Shown here one piece after another: positions 18,399-28,151 of a stretch of DNA of 64,000 nt. The DNA lies in IMG/VR virus record IMGVR_UViG_3300030116_004360, positions 1-64,000 of that record. One strand, written 5' to 3'. A program made the translations under genes and the position numbers. This DNA is from a virus. The notes under the pieces were generated by a model, which saw only the letters and a list, made by a program, of their open reading frames with translations, was not told the DNA's origin and ran no database searches. Numbering within the stretch: the stretch's first letter is position 1; every line of letters starts with the position of its first letter.

Positions 18399-19096
18399 TG
18401 GTATTTGGAACAAGTAATAGAAAAGTGTTAAACACAATTAATGATAGTAATACACAGACGTTTAAAACAGTAAACAATTTACTAACATTACAAGAAAATC
18501 ATGTTGAAGAATTTTTTCAATATCATGGTTTAGATTTCTTTGGTGCATTAGAACAATTAATGTCTGATGTTACAGAAAGAGTAGTTTCACAGATGTTATC
18601 TAAAATGGAATTATCTTTAACTGCTTCAACAGGAAAAATAACTGTTTCACCCGATTGTTTAAGAGATTACGAAAAGATTACTCAAGAGAATATTGATTTA
18701 GATATTCAAAATTTATTAAACACATCTGTAAATAGTGAAGTTATAATGCAAAGAAAGATGGCTAAATCTTCATACTTAGAATCACAGGGTTATTCTTCAC
18801 CACAACCTCAAATGCCTCAAATTCCACAACAACAACCAATGAATATTCAAGGACAACCACAAACAGGTCAAATGAATATGCAAATGAATCAACAAATGGG
18901 TGCTATTAATAATCAATCAGGTTATCCTGTTCCACCCGCAGGATATGATAATATGAATAACCCATATTGGATGGACCCAAATACGGGTCAAGCAACTTAT
19001 TCACCACCTTCAAGCGGTTTAGGCTTATCTAAGGCTGGACCCGTTGTAATGAAAACTGCTCAAAAAGCAGCAGCATGGGCTAAATGGTTGGCTTAA
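18398..19096 (+). CDS. Helical protein with Q/P/M-rich low-complexity region and amphipathic C-terminus
   Basis: PQPQMPQIPQQQPMNIQGQPQ..., GYPVPPAGYD, ends AQKAAAWAKWLA. Confidence 0.65.
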   Translation: MVFGTSNRKVLNTINDSNTQTFKTVNNLLTLQENHVEEFFQYHGLDFFGALEQLMSDVTERVVSQMLSKMELSLTASTGKITVSPDCLRDYEKITQENIDLDIQNLLNTSVNSEVIMQRKMAKSSYLESQGYSSPQPQMPQIPQQQPMNIQGQPQTGQMNMQMNQQMGAINNQSGYPVPPAGYDNMNNPYWMDPNTGQATYSPPSSGLGLSKAGPVVMKTAQKAAAWAKWLA

Positions 19097-19109
19097 GGAG
19101 TTGAAGTAA

Positions 19110-20696
19110 ATGGTTGAAATAATGTGGAAAGGTTCATTAGTTGCTAATATTGGTGAGCCTAACCACCTTATTATCCAAAAAGAATTTTTACTCTCAAAAT
19201 TTATGGGTTCAGAAGCAGATGCTATTGAATATACAATCAATTCAATTTATCCTAATTTTATAGAATTAACTGAACAACAAACAGGAAAAAAGTTATCTAA
19301 TGAAGAGATTAAAAGAGTTGTTAGCCAAGCAAAGGCTCAACTTAAAAAGATTGAAAAAATGGGAATAGAAAAAATAATTAAAGATGTTCAACTTCCTGAT
19401 GGAAATAGAAATAAAAGGATTATGAGAACTTTAGATAAACCATATCCTGATGTTACTGTATCTGAATCTAGCGATACAAGAAAACAAGCAGAATTTTCTG
19501 GTAATTTAAGTGAAAAGGTTGTTTCACGAAGACAGGATAAAAGATTATCAGATATGTTAGAAGGAAAATATAAAATGACTAAAGGTGAATTCAATTCTAT
19601 ATATGGAATAGATAGTTTAAAAACCACTGGTAAAAAAGTAAACGTAGCAGGTGGTTCTTCTGTAAGTTTTACAATAGATAAAGTAGCAACCAAAGATAGT
19701 GTAAATTATAAATTAACTATGTTATTTAACTTAGTTCCAGATATATCAGCACAAAAAACTATTTTAAGGTCAGAAGGTTTATCTAATGTTGCGTATAATG
19801 AAATTATTGATGAATCAAAATCAAGTTTACGTGAAAGAGCAGAAGAGGATTGGTATAAAGGAAGTAGAGTAAGGCAAAATATTGAACAACATATGTCTCA
19901 ATATGATAAAAGAACATCTTATAATCAACTTATTGCTGATTTACAAGCAGATTTAGTAAAACGTAAAGCAGACCTTAAAAGGTCTAAGGCTTACGAAGAA
20001 GCAAGTAAAACTAAAAAAGTTTCACTTGAACGTGAATATGTTAGAGATTTAAAAGATAGATTAAAGACCTTAAAAAAACAAAGAGATGATTTTAAGAAAA
20101 GACAACAAAAAGCAGAAAGAGATATAGATTTAGTAACTACCTTTGCTATTCCAATAGATTTACAAAAACAAGTAATAGATAAGGCAAAATCAGATGCCGG
20201 TGAACCTATAAAACGTAAAATTAGAACAGAAGAACAATTAAGAAAAAAATTTCAGAAGGCTATGTTAGCAACAGGAAATAAAGCAATCTTTGATAAATTA
20301 AATTTATATGATATACTTAGAGAAGGTTCTGATGTTATTAATGCTCATTATGCTACTAACGCAGTAATAGGACTACAACTCGATTTAGGTAACACAAGTG
20401 AAGTTAAAGATAAAGTAAAATTAAAGGTCTTACTTAAAGTAACTCATTTAGGTGAATTAGATGTTTTACAACATAGAAGGTTTTTGCAAGGTAAATTTAC
20501 TGCTGGAACTCAAGTTAGAACTGATTTAGAAGGTAGATATGGTAAAATTGGTCCCGAAAAATATCTTGATGCTCCTTCTAGTCCAATAAGAGATTTATTA
20601 GTTAAATCTGTTTCTGCAAAATATGAAAAATTAGAACGTAAAATTCAAAAAATGGAAGAAACAGTAAATAGAGTATTAGGTGAAAGAGATGACTAA
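19110..20696 (+). CDS. Large basic coiled-coil protein of unknown function
   Basis: 528-aa ORF with a central coiled coil. Confidence 0.6.
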   Translation: MVEIMWKGSLVANIGEPNHLIIQKEFLLSKFMGSEADAIEYTINSIYPNFIELTEQQTGKKLSNEEIKRVVSQAKAQLKKIEKMGIEKIIKDVQLPDGNRNKRIMRTLDKPYPDVTVSESSDTRKQAEFSGNLSEKVVSRRQDKRLSDMLEGKYKMTKGEFNSIYGIDSLKTTGKKVNVAGGSSVSFTIDKVATKDSVNYKLTMLFNLVPDISAQKTILRSEGLSNVAYNEIIDESKSSLRERAEEDWYKGSRVRQNIEQHMSQYDKRTSYNQLIADLQADLVKRKADLKRSKAYEEASKTKKVSLEREYVRDLKDRLKTLKKQRDDFKKRQQKAERDIDLVTTFAIPIDLQKQVIDKAKSDAGEPIKRKIRTEEQLRKKFQKAMLATGNKAIFDKLNLYDILREGSDVINAHYATNAVIGLQLDLGNTSEVKDKVKLKVLLKVTHLGELDVLQHRRFLQGKFTAGTQVRTDLEGRYGKIGPEKYLDAPSSPIRDLLVKSVSAKYEKLERKIQKMEETVNRVLGERDD

Positions 20697-21825
20697 AACA
20701 ATTTCTCCTAGTGATTATACAGATAATACTGTTGTTAATTATGATGCTGCTCAAGGATATTATTGTAGCGGTAAAGATATTGTAGCATTATTACAAATAC
20801 CTAGTGATAGTGGAACATTTAGTTCCAATACATCACCAACTGCGGTTGATGTAGGTAAAATCATTAAGCGAGTAGAAGATTATGTTGATGAACGTATTGG
20901 GTATAGTTATAGACCTAATGTTTATTCTGATGAATACCACAATTTTGAATTTAGGCCACTTACTCATGCTCAACGATTTAATTATGTAGATTACGTTGGT
21001 TTTATTCAATTAGAAAGAACAAAAATTAGAAAGATAATTTCATTAGAAGTTTGGCAAGGAACTGAATATAAACAATTAGCATCTAATCATGCTTCTGTAA
21101 CATTTAATTCAGATGCCGATAATGTAAGTAATATTCGTTTAACTTTACCTGATGGAGGATTTTTTGATTTAGCCGGTGCAGGAGATTTTGGTTCTGATTT
21201 AACTGCTAATGAATTTAATAATAAACTTGGTCCCGCAACTACGGCACTTGACTTTGCAGCGTTAGTTAATGAACAATATCCAACTAAAACACAACAGTTT
21301 ACAAAACAACAGTTAAAGAAGGCTAAAACAGCAAATGATGGAGTTCGTTCTGTCTCTGATTACTTTTATGCTTACATTGATACTGAAAACTCATCAAAGG
21401 TTATAATTACATCTTTATTGCCCGGAAATGATGGAGATTCTTGCACTATTACCGCCACTCAATCCCCCACTGATGGATGCACATTAGTTGATTTTGCACC
21501 ATCAGGAGCAGAAAAAAATAGAACTGAGGATTGGTGGATGATTGGAGATGAAGGCAAATTATTCTTTACTAGAGAGTTTCCTTACTTAAATAACAATTCA
21601 GTCCGTGTAAACTATATTACAGGTTCAGGTCGTGTTCCGGGTTATATTAATGAAGTAGCCACTAAATTAGCCGCTTCTGAATTATTGCGTCATGATGACT
21701 CTACCGTATTAATTGGTCAAACTGAAGGTGGTATAGATGCTAAAACTAAGTATGATGAATTGAGAAAAGATGCTAATGCTATTTTAGATTCTAAGAGAAG
21801 AATGGCATACTTTATGAATCTGTGA
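20680..21825 (+). CDS. Head-tail adaptor (neck) protein
   Basis: N-terminal YC...DI..LL and IKRVEDYVD; C-terminal VRVNYITG...VPGYINEVATKLAA, an SPP1 gp15-like pattern. Confidence 0.7.
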   Translation: MKEMTKTISPSDYTDNTVVNYDAAQGYYCSGKDIVALLQIPSDSGTFSSNTSPTAVDVGKIIKRVEDYVDERIGYSYRPNVYSDEYHNFEFRPLTHAQRFNYVDYVGFIQLERTKIRKIISLEVWQGTEYKQLASNHASVTFNSDADNVSNIRLTLPDGGFFDLAGAGDFGSDLTANEFNNKLGPATTALDFAALVNEQYPTKTQQFTKQQLKKAKTANDGVRSVSDYFYAYIDTENSSKVIITSLLPGNDGDSCTITATQSPTDGCTLVDFAPSGAEKNRTEDWWMIGDEGKLFFTREFPYLNNNSVRVNYITGSGRVPGYINEVATKLAASELLRHDDSTVLIGQTEGGIDAKTKYDELRKDANAILDSKRRMAYFMNL

Positions 21826-21829
21826 TAAT

Positions 21830-22033
21830 ATGAAATCTAAAATGATACTCAAAAAATTTAAAGAGTATATTCAAATTGAAAGAGAAAGAAATAAATTAAT
21901 GCTTGAAGTTTCACAACAATTAGGATTTGATTTTACATTTTCAGAAGAAGAAATATTAAATAATGCTTTTGAAAAGGCCATGTATAATTTTGTAGAATCT
22001 GTTAAAAAGGAGGGAGAGTGGTGGACGAAGTAA
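21830..22033 (+). CDS. Hypothetical protein
   Basis: Short ORF in the neck region. Confidence 0.5.
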   Translation: MKSKMILKKFKEYIQIERERNKLMLEVSQQLGFDFTFSEEEILNNAFEKAMYNFVESVKKEGEWWTK

Positions 22034-22551
22034 CTTATGTTGTAGAATTGCTCAAACAAAATTGGGCTAATGCTATTTCATCTGTTAGCGGTATTGCAGC
22101 AGTTCATCAAGTTACACCAACAATTGTTGATGTTAGAAATTTAACAAAGAATAAAGCAGTTAAATATGATTTATCTAACAAAGTAGCAGGTGAATCTTCA
22201 TCTGATTTGATTGTTGTATTTGAAGATAATCAAGACATTCAATACCCAACAATTGCATATGATGTGCGTAATGAAACTTATTCAGTAACTCTACATATTA
22301 GATGTATTGACGATGATAGGGGTAATGGGGTAGCAAATTTTGGCCGCGATAGGCTAAGGGCTTTATACCAGTTAGTTAGATATATCATTGAGAATAAACG
22401 GCGGGGTGCAACTGTTACGTTAAATTCAGATTCAGCAAGATTCAATTTTTTAGAGTTAGGAGGCCGTTCAGAATCTAATGATAGAAATAAAAGAATTTTC
22501 GGCTACAAGGTTGGCGTGACCTTAAAAAGATACGCAATAGCAATTCCTTAG
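22018..22551 (+). CDS. Tail terminator / completion protein
   Basis: Position before the tail tube; alpha/beta pattern like lambda gpU or SPP1 gp17. Confidence 0.6.
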   Translation: MVDEVTYVVELLKQNWANAISSVSGIAAVHQVTPTIVDVRNLTKNKAVKYDLSNKVAGESSSDLIVVFEDNQDIQYPTIAYDVRNETYSVTLHIRCIDDDRGNGVANFGRDRLRALYQLVRYIIENKRRGATVTLNSDSARFNFLELGGRSESNDRNKRIFGYKVGVTLKRYAIAIP

Positions 22552-22592
22552 TATTGTAAGTTTGTAAGGAAAAAAAGGAAAGTGAAAAGAAT

Positions 22593-24215
22593 ATGGTAAC
22601 AAATACAGATATATGGTTAGGTAGTGGAGCAAGTTTAACTTTAGTTCCTGAATTAGATTTTCAAATTAAATTAGATACTACATCATCATCAACACAATTA
22701 ATTGTTGATGCAACATTTTCTGATAATTTTAGATTAGTTGAAGATTTATATGTAGGTTGTATTGTTGATTTATATGATAATTCTGCATCAACTACTGTTC
22801 CTGCTTCTACTCATATTATAACATCTAATGATACTACTTCCGTTACAATTTCCCCTGCTCATTCTGTTGGAACATTACAGGATGCTACCGATTTTATGGT
22901 TATTCGTCGTTATGGCGCACCTTGTCCAACAACTAAAACAGGTTCAATTGCTAGGCTTAATGCAGACAATTGGTTAGGTTTAGTTGAATCTGCAACATTT
23001 CCTAATGTTGAGCAAGAAATGAAACAATTAAATATTAATTTAGGTAGTTCAAGAAACTTTACTCATCAATATAAAGGTATTCGCACCGCTAGTGGTGGTA
23101 ATATAGCGTTAATGGCTAATCATGGAGTATGGTTATATTATGCTCTTGGCGGGTGTTCAACAATTAATGGAACTTTTTCTGCAACTGCCGCTTCTTCCGT
23201 TACAAATGCACATACTAATAATGCTCATTATTTAGATATTGGCACTTCTGCTGCTAGTAAAACATTTAGTGATAGTTTAACTGCACATAATAATCAAGGG
23301 CCAATATTTTATAGAACCGCTACTGATTCAACAGTATTATTACCTTATGTATTAACTAGTGATGGTGATGCTGCTGCTAATTTAACATTACTTACATTAC
23401 CTTCTCATAATGCATCAGGTGTTATTCAAAATCCAATTCAATATACATTTGTTGAAGCAAATGGTGAAGATTTACCTTCATTTGGTTTAGAACAAAACTT
23501 AAGTAAATTAGAAACTAGTAATACTTATAACACCGAAACAGGAAGTGCTAGTGAATCACATAACTTTGTAAGAATTGCTAGAGGTAATCGTGTAAATACA
23601 TTAACCTTTACTGCAAATGAAAATGAGGAAGTTAAAATGACTCTTGATTTAAATACACGCGCAGTTCATAAATTAAAACAATCTGAGGCATATCAAGCAA
23701 GGGGTGGAAATTCTAATGATAAAACATTATTTAATTTTGGTAGTGGAGCAAACACAATTGCTGCAACAGGTGAAGAATCTCTAGAACCTTTCTTTTTCTC
23801 AAGTGGTTCATTTTCTATCTTTGGTCAACAATTCTTAAAAGTTACAAACCTTTCTCTAACTATTAATAATAATTTACAAGATAAGAGATTTGTAGGTATT
23901 GGTAATAAAGATATAAAGTCGGCTATTCCTGCACAAAGAACTTATGAACTTTCTTTTACTGCTATGGTTACAGATGATAAGTTATTTGAAGAATTATTTA
24001 ATGAAACTGAAATTGCTTCAGGAACTTCAACAATTGATTTACAATTCGATAAGGCTAATGGAGAACAAATTGTTCTTAAATTTGAAGATTATATGATGAG
24101 TGCATCAAACTTTACTATACCTGATGATAAAGGCCCAATTACTGTTGAAGGAATGGTAATGCCTAGAACTTTGAATACTTGCACAGTTAAGACACATTGG
24201 ATATTACAGGGGTGA
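22593..24215 (+). CDS. Major tail (tube) protein
   Basis: RTASGGNI, VNTLTFTA, LSLTINNNL, RTYELSFT tube-like strands. Followed by a chaperone pair and tape measure. Confidence 0.8.
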   Translation: MVTNTDIWLGSGASLTLVPELDFQIKLDTTSSSTQLIVDATFSDNFRLVEDLYVGCIVDLYDNSASTTVPASTHIITSNDTTSVTISPAHSVGTLQDATDFMVIRRYGAPCPTTKTGSIARLNADNWLGLVESATFPNVEQEMKQLNINLGSSRNFTHQYKGIRTASGGNIALMANHGVWLYYALGGCSTINGTFSATAASSVTNAHTNNAHYLDIGTSAASKTFSDSLTAHNNQGPIFYRTATDSTVLLPYVLTSDGDAAANLTLLTLPSHNASGVIQNPIQYTFVEANGEDLPSFGLEQNLSKLETSNTYNTETGSASESHNFVRIARGNRVNTLTFTANENEEVKMTLDLNTRAVHKLKQSEAYQARGGNSNDKTLFNFGSGANTIAATGEESLEPFFFSSGSFSIFGQQFLKVTNLSLTINNNLQDKRFVGIGNKDIKSAIPAQRTYELSFTAMVTDDKLFEELFNETEIASGTSTIDLQFDKANGEQIVLKFEDYMMSASNFTIPDDKGPITVEGMVMPRTLNTCTVKTHWILQG

Positions 24216-24382
24216 TTACTTTGGATAAGTGGGAAAAGAGACGTTTAGCCCGACTAAATGAGTTAAAATCGAAGGCATCTTCTACTAAAACCCCCTCCAA
24301 ATCGCCTAAGCCTACCTCAAAAACCGCCCCTCCAAAGGCAGAAAAAAACACAAATGAAAAGAAAACGAAACTAAAGAAGTAA
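24197..24382 (+). CDS. Small Lys/Pro-rich protein (likely start TTG 24221)
   Basis: GGGGTGA SD before the TTG; low complexity. Confidence 0.45.
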   Translation: MDITGVITLDKWEKRRLARLNELKSKASSTKTPSKSPKPTSKTAPPKAEKNTNEKKTKLKK

Positions 24383-24439
24383 ATAACATTAACATTCCTC
24401 CAACTGTTTGTATGTTGGTAAGAAGGGGGAAAGAATTAC

Positions 24440-24802
24440 ATGGAAAAGAAAATAGTAAGTGATAAGAACAAATTGTTCGCTAAGGTGAACACTGAATGCC
24501 ATTATCTGAGAATTAAGCCAGATAGTGAAGAATACTTGAAAGTGTGGGTAAAGGAACCCACATGGCTTCAAGTAGAACAGGCGTTATCGTCGGTTGTAAA
24601 TATTAACTCTAAGTCGCAAGACATGGATTTAGACCTCAACAAGATGTATCGCTATATGGTCGAAAACTTCATTGAAAAAACAGAACCTTCATTGACGGCA
24701 ATAGACCTTTTACGACTCACACCCTTTATGGGCAATCAATTAAAAGAAATACTCCCAAATCCATTTGAGGATTTTATGGGAGATGATTCGGGAAAAGAAT
24801 AA
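24440..24802 (+). CDS. Tail assembly chaperone (gpG-like)
   Basis: Lies between tube and tape measure; ends at a slippery site. Confidence 0.8.
   Translation: MEKKIVSDKNKLFAKVNTECHYLRIKPDSEEYLKVWVKEPTWLQVEQALSSVVNINSKSQDMDLDLNKMYRYMVENFIEKTEPSLTAIDLLRLTPFMGNQLKEILPNPFEDFMGDDSGKE
24790..24796 (+). promoter_or_regulatory. -1 programmed ribosomal frameshift heptamer G GGA AAA
   Basis: X XXY YYZ in the correct phase (TCG GGA AAA GAA TAA). The -1 frame stays open to TAG at 25012-25014. Confidence 0.85.
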
Positions 24803-25014
24803 GTTTTAGAAGAGCAGTAAGAGGAGGTAAAGTTCATCCTTCTGTTTTATCTAAAGTTATGGTATATACAATAGCGCAAGCCTTTAGCATTAATCCAATG
24901 GAAGTATATGATATGCCTATGAATATGGCTTTAGAGATGTTAATGATTCATAAAGAAGTTAAAGAATTAGAAGCCGAAGAAATTAAGAAACAAACAAGGG
25001 ATGCAAAATGGTAG
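24796..25014 (+). CDS. Frameshift extension of the tail chaperone (gpGT-like, 72 aa, not in ORF track)
   Basis: RISFRRAVRGGKVHPSVLSKVMVYTIAQAFSINPMEVYDMPMNMALEMLMIHKEVKELEAEEIKKQTRDAKW*; fills the gap to the tape measure gene. Confidence 0.8.
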   Translation, partial: RISFRRAVRGGKVHPSVLSKVMVYTIAQAFSINPMEVYDMPMNMALEMLMIHKEVKELEAEEIKKQTRDAKW

Positions 25015-26630
25015 AATCTTCAATCGCTTATATGCAAAATCTTCAATCTTCTATTGAAGCAGTAAGTGATGCTAATGATGGTCTTCTTAGAGGTTTTGCT
25101 CAATTAGGTAATGAAAATAAAAAATGGACTATATTTAGTCGAATGATTTCAGGTAGTGGATTATGGAGAATACAAAATAAAGTAAGAGCAGTATCAGAAG
25201 CATTAAATGTATTTTATGAGGCCCAAGATGCCGGAGTAAAAAACATGATGGAATCTGCACAAAGTTTGGCTAAAATTAATGAAGAATATAATATGTTAGC
25301 AAAAACTGTAAAAAAAGATTCTTTACTTATGATGACTGATGAATTTAAATCTTTAAAGGGTGCATTAGATAAAGTTATGGACCCATCAGAAGCAACAAAC
25401 GTAGCACTACAACAAACTAAAAAAATGTATAAGAAAACTTATGCTGATTTAGGTAATGTTTTAGAAAAACAAGGTAAAAAAATAAAAGCGGCTTTACCTT
25501 CAGCAGAAGATATTCAAGATGATAAAATAATAGAAAAGAACAAAAAAATTATTGAATCATTAAGAAAAAGAACTCCCGGAGATTTAGGAGAAATAAAAGA
25601 AAACGTCCAGTATCAGAGTCGATTACAAAGTAGATTAATGATGACTAGTGACCCTAAAGTTAAAGCAGCATTAGAAGAACAACTTAAATATGTAAAGGAA
25701 CAAAGAAGAGAATTAGTTAAAAATGTAAGAAAAAATGGTAAGTTAGGTAGACAAGCAAATATGCAAATTATTAAGGCTAAATTCGCTAAAAGATTTAGGA
25801 GTATATGGGCCAACACACAAAAGGTTGGAAAGATGGCTTTAACTTTCCTTAAAATATTTATTATAGCAGGAATAATTTTAATTTCTCTTAAAAAATTATA
25901 TGATATATTTGGTAAACAGGTAATAGAGAGATTTAAATCTACCTTTAATTTTATAAAAGACACTTTATATCCCGGTTTTCAAGCAGCGTTTGGTTTTGTA
26001 GCAAGTGGATTTATGGATTTAATGGATGCTTTTACCGAAGGTAGTTTTGTTAAATTCTTTAAAGGCATAATTAAAATACTTGGTGGAATACTCTTAGGAC
26101 TTGTTATGCTAGTAGTTACTTTAGGTGCAGCCATATTAGGTGGACTTTGGGCAATTTTAACTGGAATGTTTGATAAATTTAATGAAGACGTAAGTGAAGG
26201 ACTTGCAGTAATAAAAACAATAGCGATGGTTATATCAGCAATAATTATTGCCATTGTTGGCATTACTGCCGTAATTTTAGGCGCACCTGTATGGATTGCA
26301 GTAGCAATAGGAACTGCAATAATGGCTGGAGTTGCAGCAATTATTAGTGCTATTCCCGGATTTGCTGATGGTGGAGTATCTAGAGGCGGTTTAGCAATTG
26401 TTGGTGAAAAAGGCGCAGAATTAGTTAATTTACCTAGAGGTTCAAGAGTTCATTCAAATCAACAAAGTAGACAAATTGCTGGTGGAGTAACTAATAATAT
26501 AACAGTTCAGGTTCAAGGTAGAATTGGTGCATCAGACCAAGAGATTAGAGATATTGCTAAAAAGGTTGGTGAACATATTAATAGAGAAATTAATAGGCAT
26601 ACATCGTCAGGGGTGAGAAGATATGGTTAG
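25008..26630 (+). CDS. Tape measure protein
   Basis: Helical with hydrophobic segments; C-terminal FADGG..GLAIVGEKGAELV motif typical of tape measures. Confidence 0.88.
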   Translation: MVESSIAYMQNLQSSIEAVSDANDGLLRGFAQLGNENKKWTIFSRMISGSGLWRIQNKVRAVSEALNVFYEAQDAGVKNMMESAQSLAKINEEYNMLAKTVKKDSLLMMTDEFKSLKGALDKVMDPSEATNVALQQTKKMYKKTYADLGNVLEKQGKKIKAALPSAEDIQDDKIIEKNKKIIESLRKRTPGDLGEIKENVQYQSRLQSRLMMTSDPKVKAALEEQLKYVKEQRRELVKNVRKNGKLGRQANMQIIKAKFAKRFRSIWANTQKVGKMALTFLKIFIIAGIILISLKKLYDIFGKQVIERFKSTFNFIKDTLYPGFQAAFGFVASGFMDLMDAFTEGSFVKFFKGIIKILGGILLGLVMLVVTLGAAILGGLWAILTGMFDKFNEDVSEGLAVIKTIAMVISAIIIAIVGITAVILGAPVWIAVAIGTAIMAGVAAIISAIPGFADGGVSRGGLAIVGEKGAELVNLPRGSRVHSNQQSRQIAGGVTNNITVQVQGRIGASDQEIRDIAKKVGEHINREINRHTSSGVRRYG

Positions 26631-27321
26631 TTATGATGGTGGATATAGAGTATTTCTTGATATTGCCGCTAGAGGTGATAATCAAGATTTTAATGTAAAT
26701 AGAATTTTATTAAACTGTAATACTGTTGCCATTACAACGGGAAAAACAGTAATGGCGTTCCCTGTTCCTTTTAGTGGATTAGTAACAGGAGAATCAGCGA
26801 TTGCTTCTTTAGATTTAGGTATGGCTGAAAAAACTATACAATTAAATGGGACTATTTTTGAAGATACAATTAAAAAAGTATTTGATGTTGATGGAACTGA
26901 AACAACTAAAACTAGAAAAATGACGGCTCAAGAAATTTGCCAATTAATCCATTCTTATGTTGATTCATCTGTATTACAAGAACATCAAAATTTAAATAAA
27001 TTAACAATACTTATACCTTCAAGAGTAGATGCAGATTTTGATTATTACACAGTAACTTCTACTTCAACAAGTAGTGAAACAGAAGATTTAAATTTATTAC
27101 ACACAATTCCTTTTAATTATAAAGTGAGAGCATTAGATAATAAAGGGGGATTAGGAGGAATTCAAACTAGTTTACCCGGTTCATTTCCCGATAACTCAAA
27201 TGATGGAACTACAAGTGAAGGATTACAAGGTTTTATTCGTAGTTTTAATACTACATTTACAGGTGAAAGTAATTTTATTGAATTTAGTTTGGATTTCCAA
27301 ATTGCTACTATGTCTCTTTAG
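26623..27321 (+). CDS. Distal tail (Dit-like) protein
   Basis: Position after tape measure; LDLGMAEKTIQLNGTI and IEFSLDFQI strands. Confidence 0.6.
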   Translation: MVSYDGGYRVFLDIAARGDNQDFNVNRILLNCNTVAITTGKTVMAFPVPFSGLVTGESAIASLDLGMAEKTIQLNGTIFEDTIKKVFDVDGTETTKTRKMTAQEICQLIHSYVDSSVLQEHQNLNKLTILIPSRVDADFDYYTVTSTSTSSETEDLNLLHTIPFNYKVRALDNKGGLGGIQTSLPGSFPDNSNDGTTSEGLQGFIRSFNTTFTGESNFIEFSLDFQIATMSL

Positions 27322-27329
27322 GTGATATT

Positions 27330-28151
27330 TTGTATTCAACATATGTAGGACAAAACAATAGTTTGGTTTTTCCTGTTATGTGTAGTGGCTACGTTAAATT
27401 AGATTATAGTGATAATGTAGTAGATGATGCTGGAACAGATAATGTTTATGGTATTTGGGATGATGAATATAGAAACTTCACATTTGAAGCAATTGTTACT
27501 CCATATGATGTTGTAGGTAATGCTACATATCCAAATAATATTTCTACTAAAACTATGCCTTCAAGAGCAGGAGGCACTGGACAAGGATATACTTATCTTT
27601 CTTCTAGTAACAGATTAAGTTATGAAATGTGTTTGTATAGTTGTTCAGCATTTGAAGTTAGATTAGCGAATACACAAGGTAGTAGTGCTTCTGCACCTGC
27701 TGAATATAGAATTGAAACAACAGTATTATTAGGTAGCACTGAATATACTTGTAATTCAAGCACTTGTATTGTTTCTGATACAGGTAAAAGACATTTTCAT
27801 ACTCATGGCTCAGTTAAAGAAAATATCTATTCTTTTACTCCTTTTCATATTTTAGTTTCCTATGATAATAATAATAAGGACTGTTTAATATTTGTTAATG
27901 GTGTTAAAGTGGGTTCTTCTACCTTTTCTACTTCAGATGATTTTACTATGGCAGCAGAAGATATTTATATTGGTGTAGACCATGCACAATTTTCTAATAC
28001 AGATGCTAATACTAGAAAACAATTTATGGGTGAAGTTCATGAATTAGCAATATATAATAGGGCAGTAAAGGATGCACGAAGGAGATTAACATTAAATCCT
28101 CAAATACATAATACACTACTTTATCTTAGATTTGAGGAGGTTGCTGAATGA
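27330..28151 (+). CDS. LamG/concanavalin-like tail protein
   Basis: FTFEAIV, HILVSYD...IFVNG, IYIG, FMGEVHELAIYN. Confidence 0.75.
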   Translation: MYSTYVGQNNSLVFPVMCSGYVKLDYSDNVVDDAGTDNVYGIWDDEYRNFTFEAIVTPYDVVGNATYPNNISTKTMPSRAGGTGQGYTYLSSSNRLSYEMCLYSCSAFEVRLANTQGSSASAPAEYRIETTVLLGSTEYTCNSSTCIVSDTGKRHFHTHGSVKENIYSFTPFHILVSYDNNNKDCLIFVNGVKVGSSTFSTSDDFTMAAEDIYIGVDHAQFSNTDANTRKQFMGEVHELAIYNRAVKDARRRLTLNPQIHNTLLYLRFEEVAE

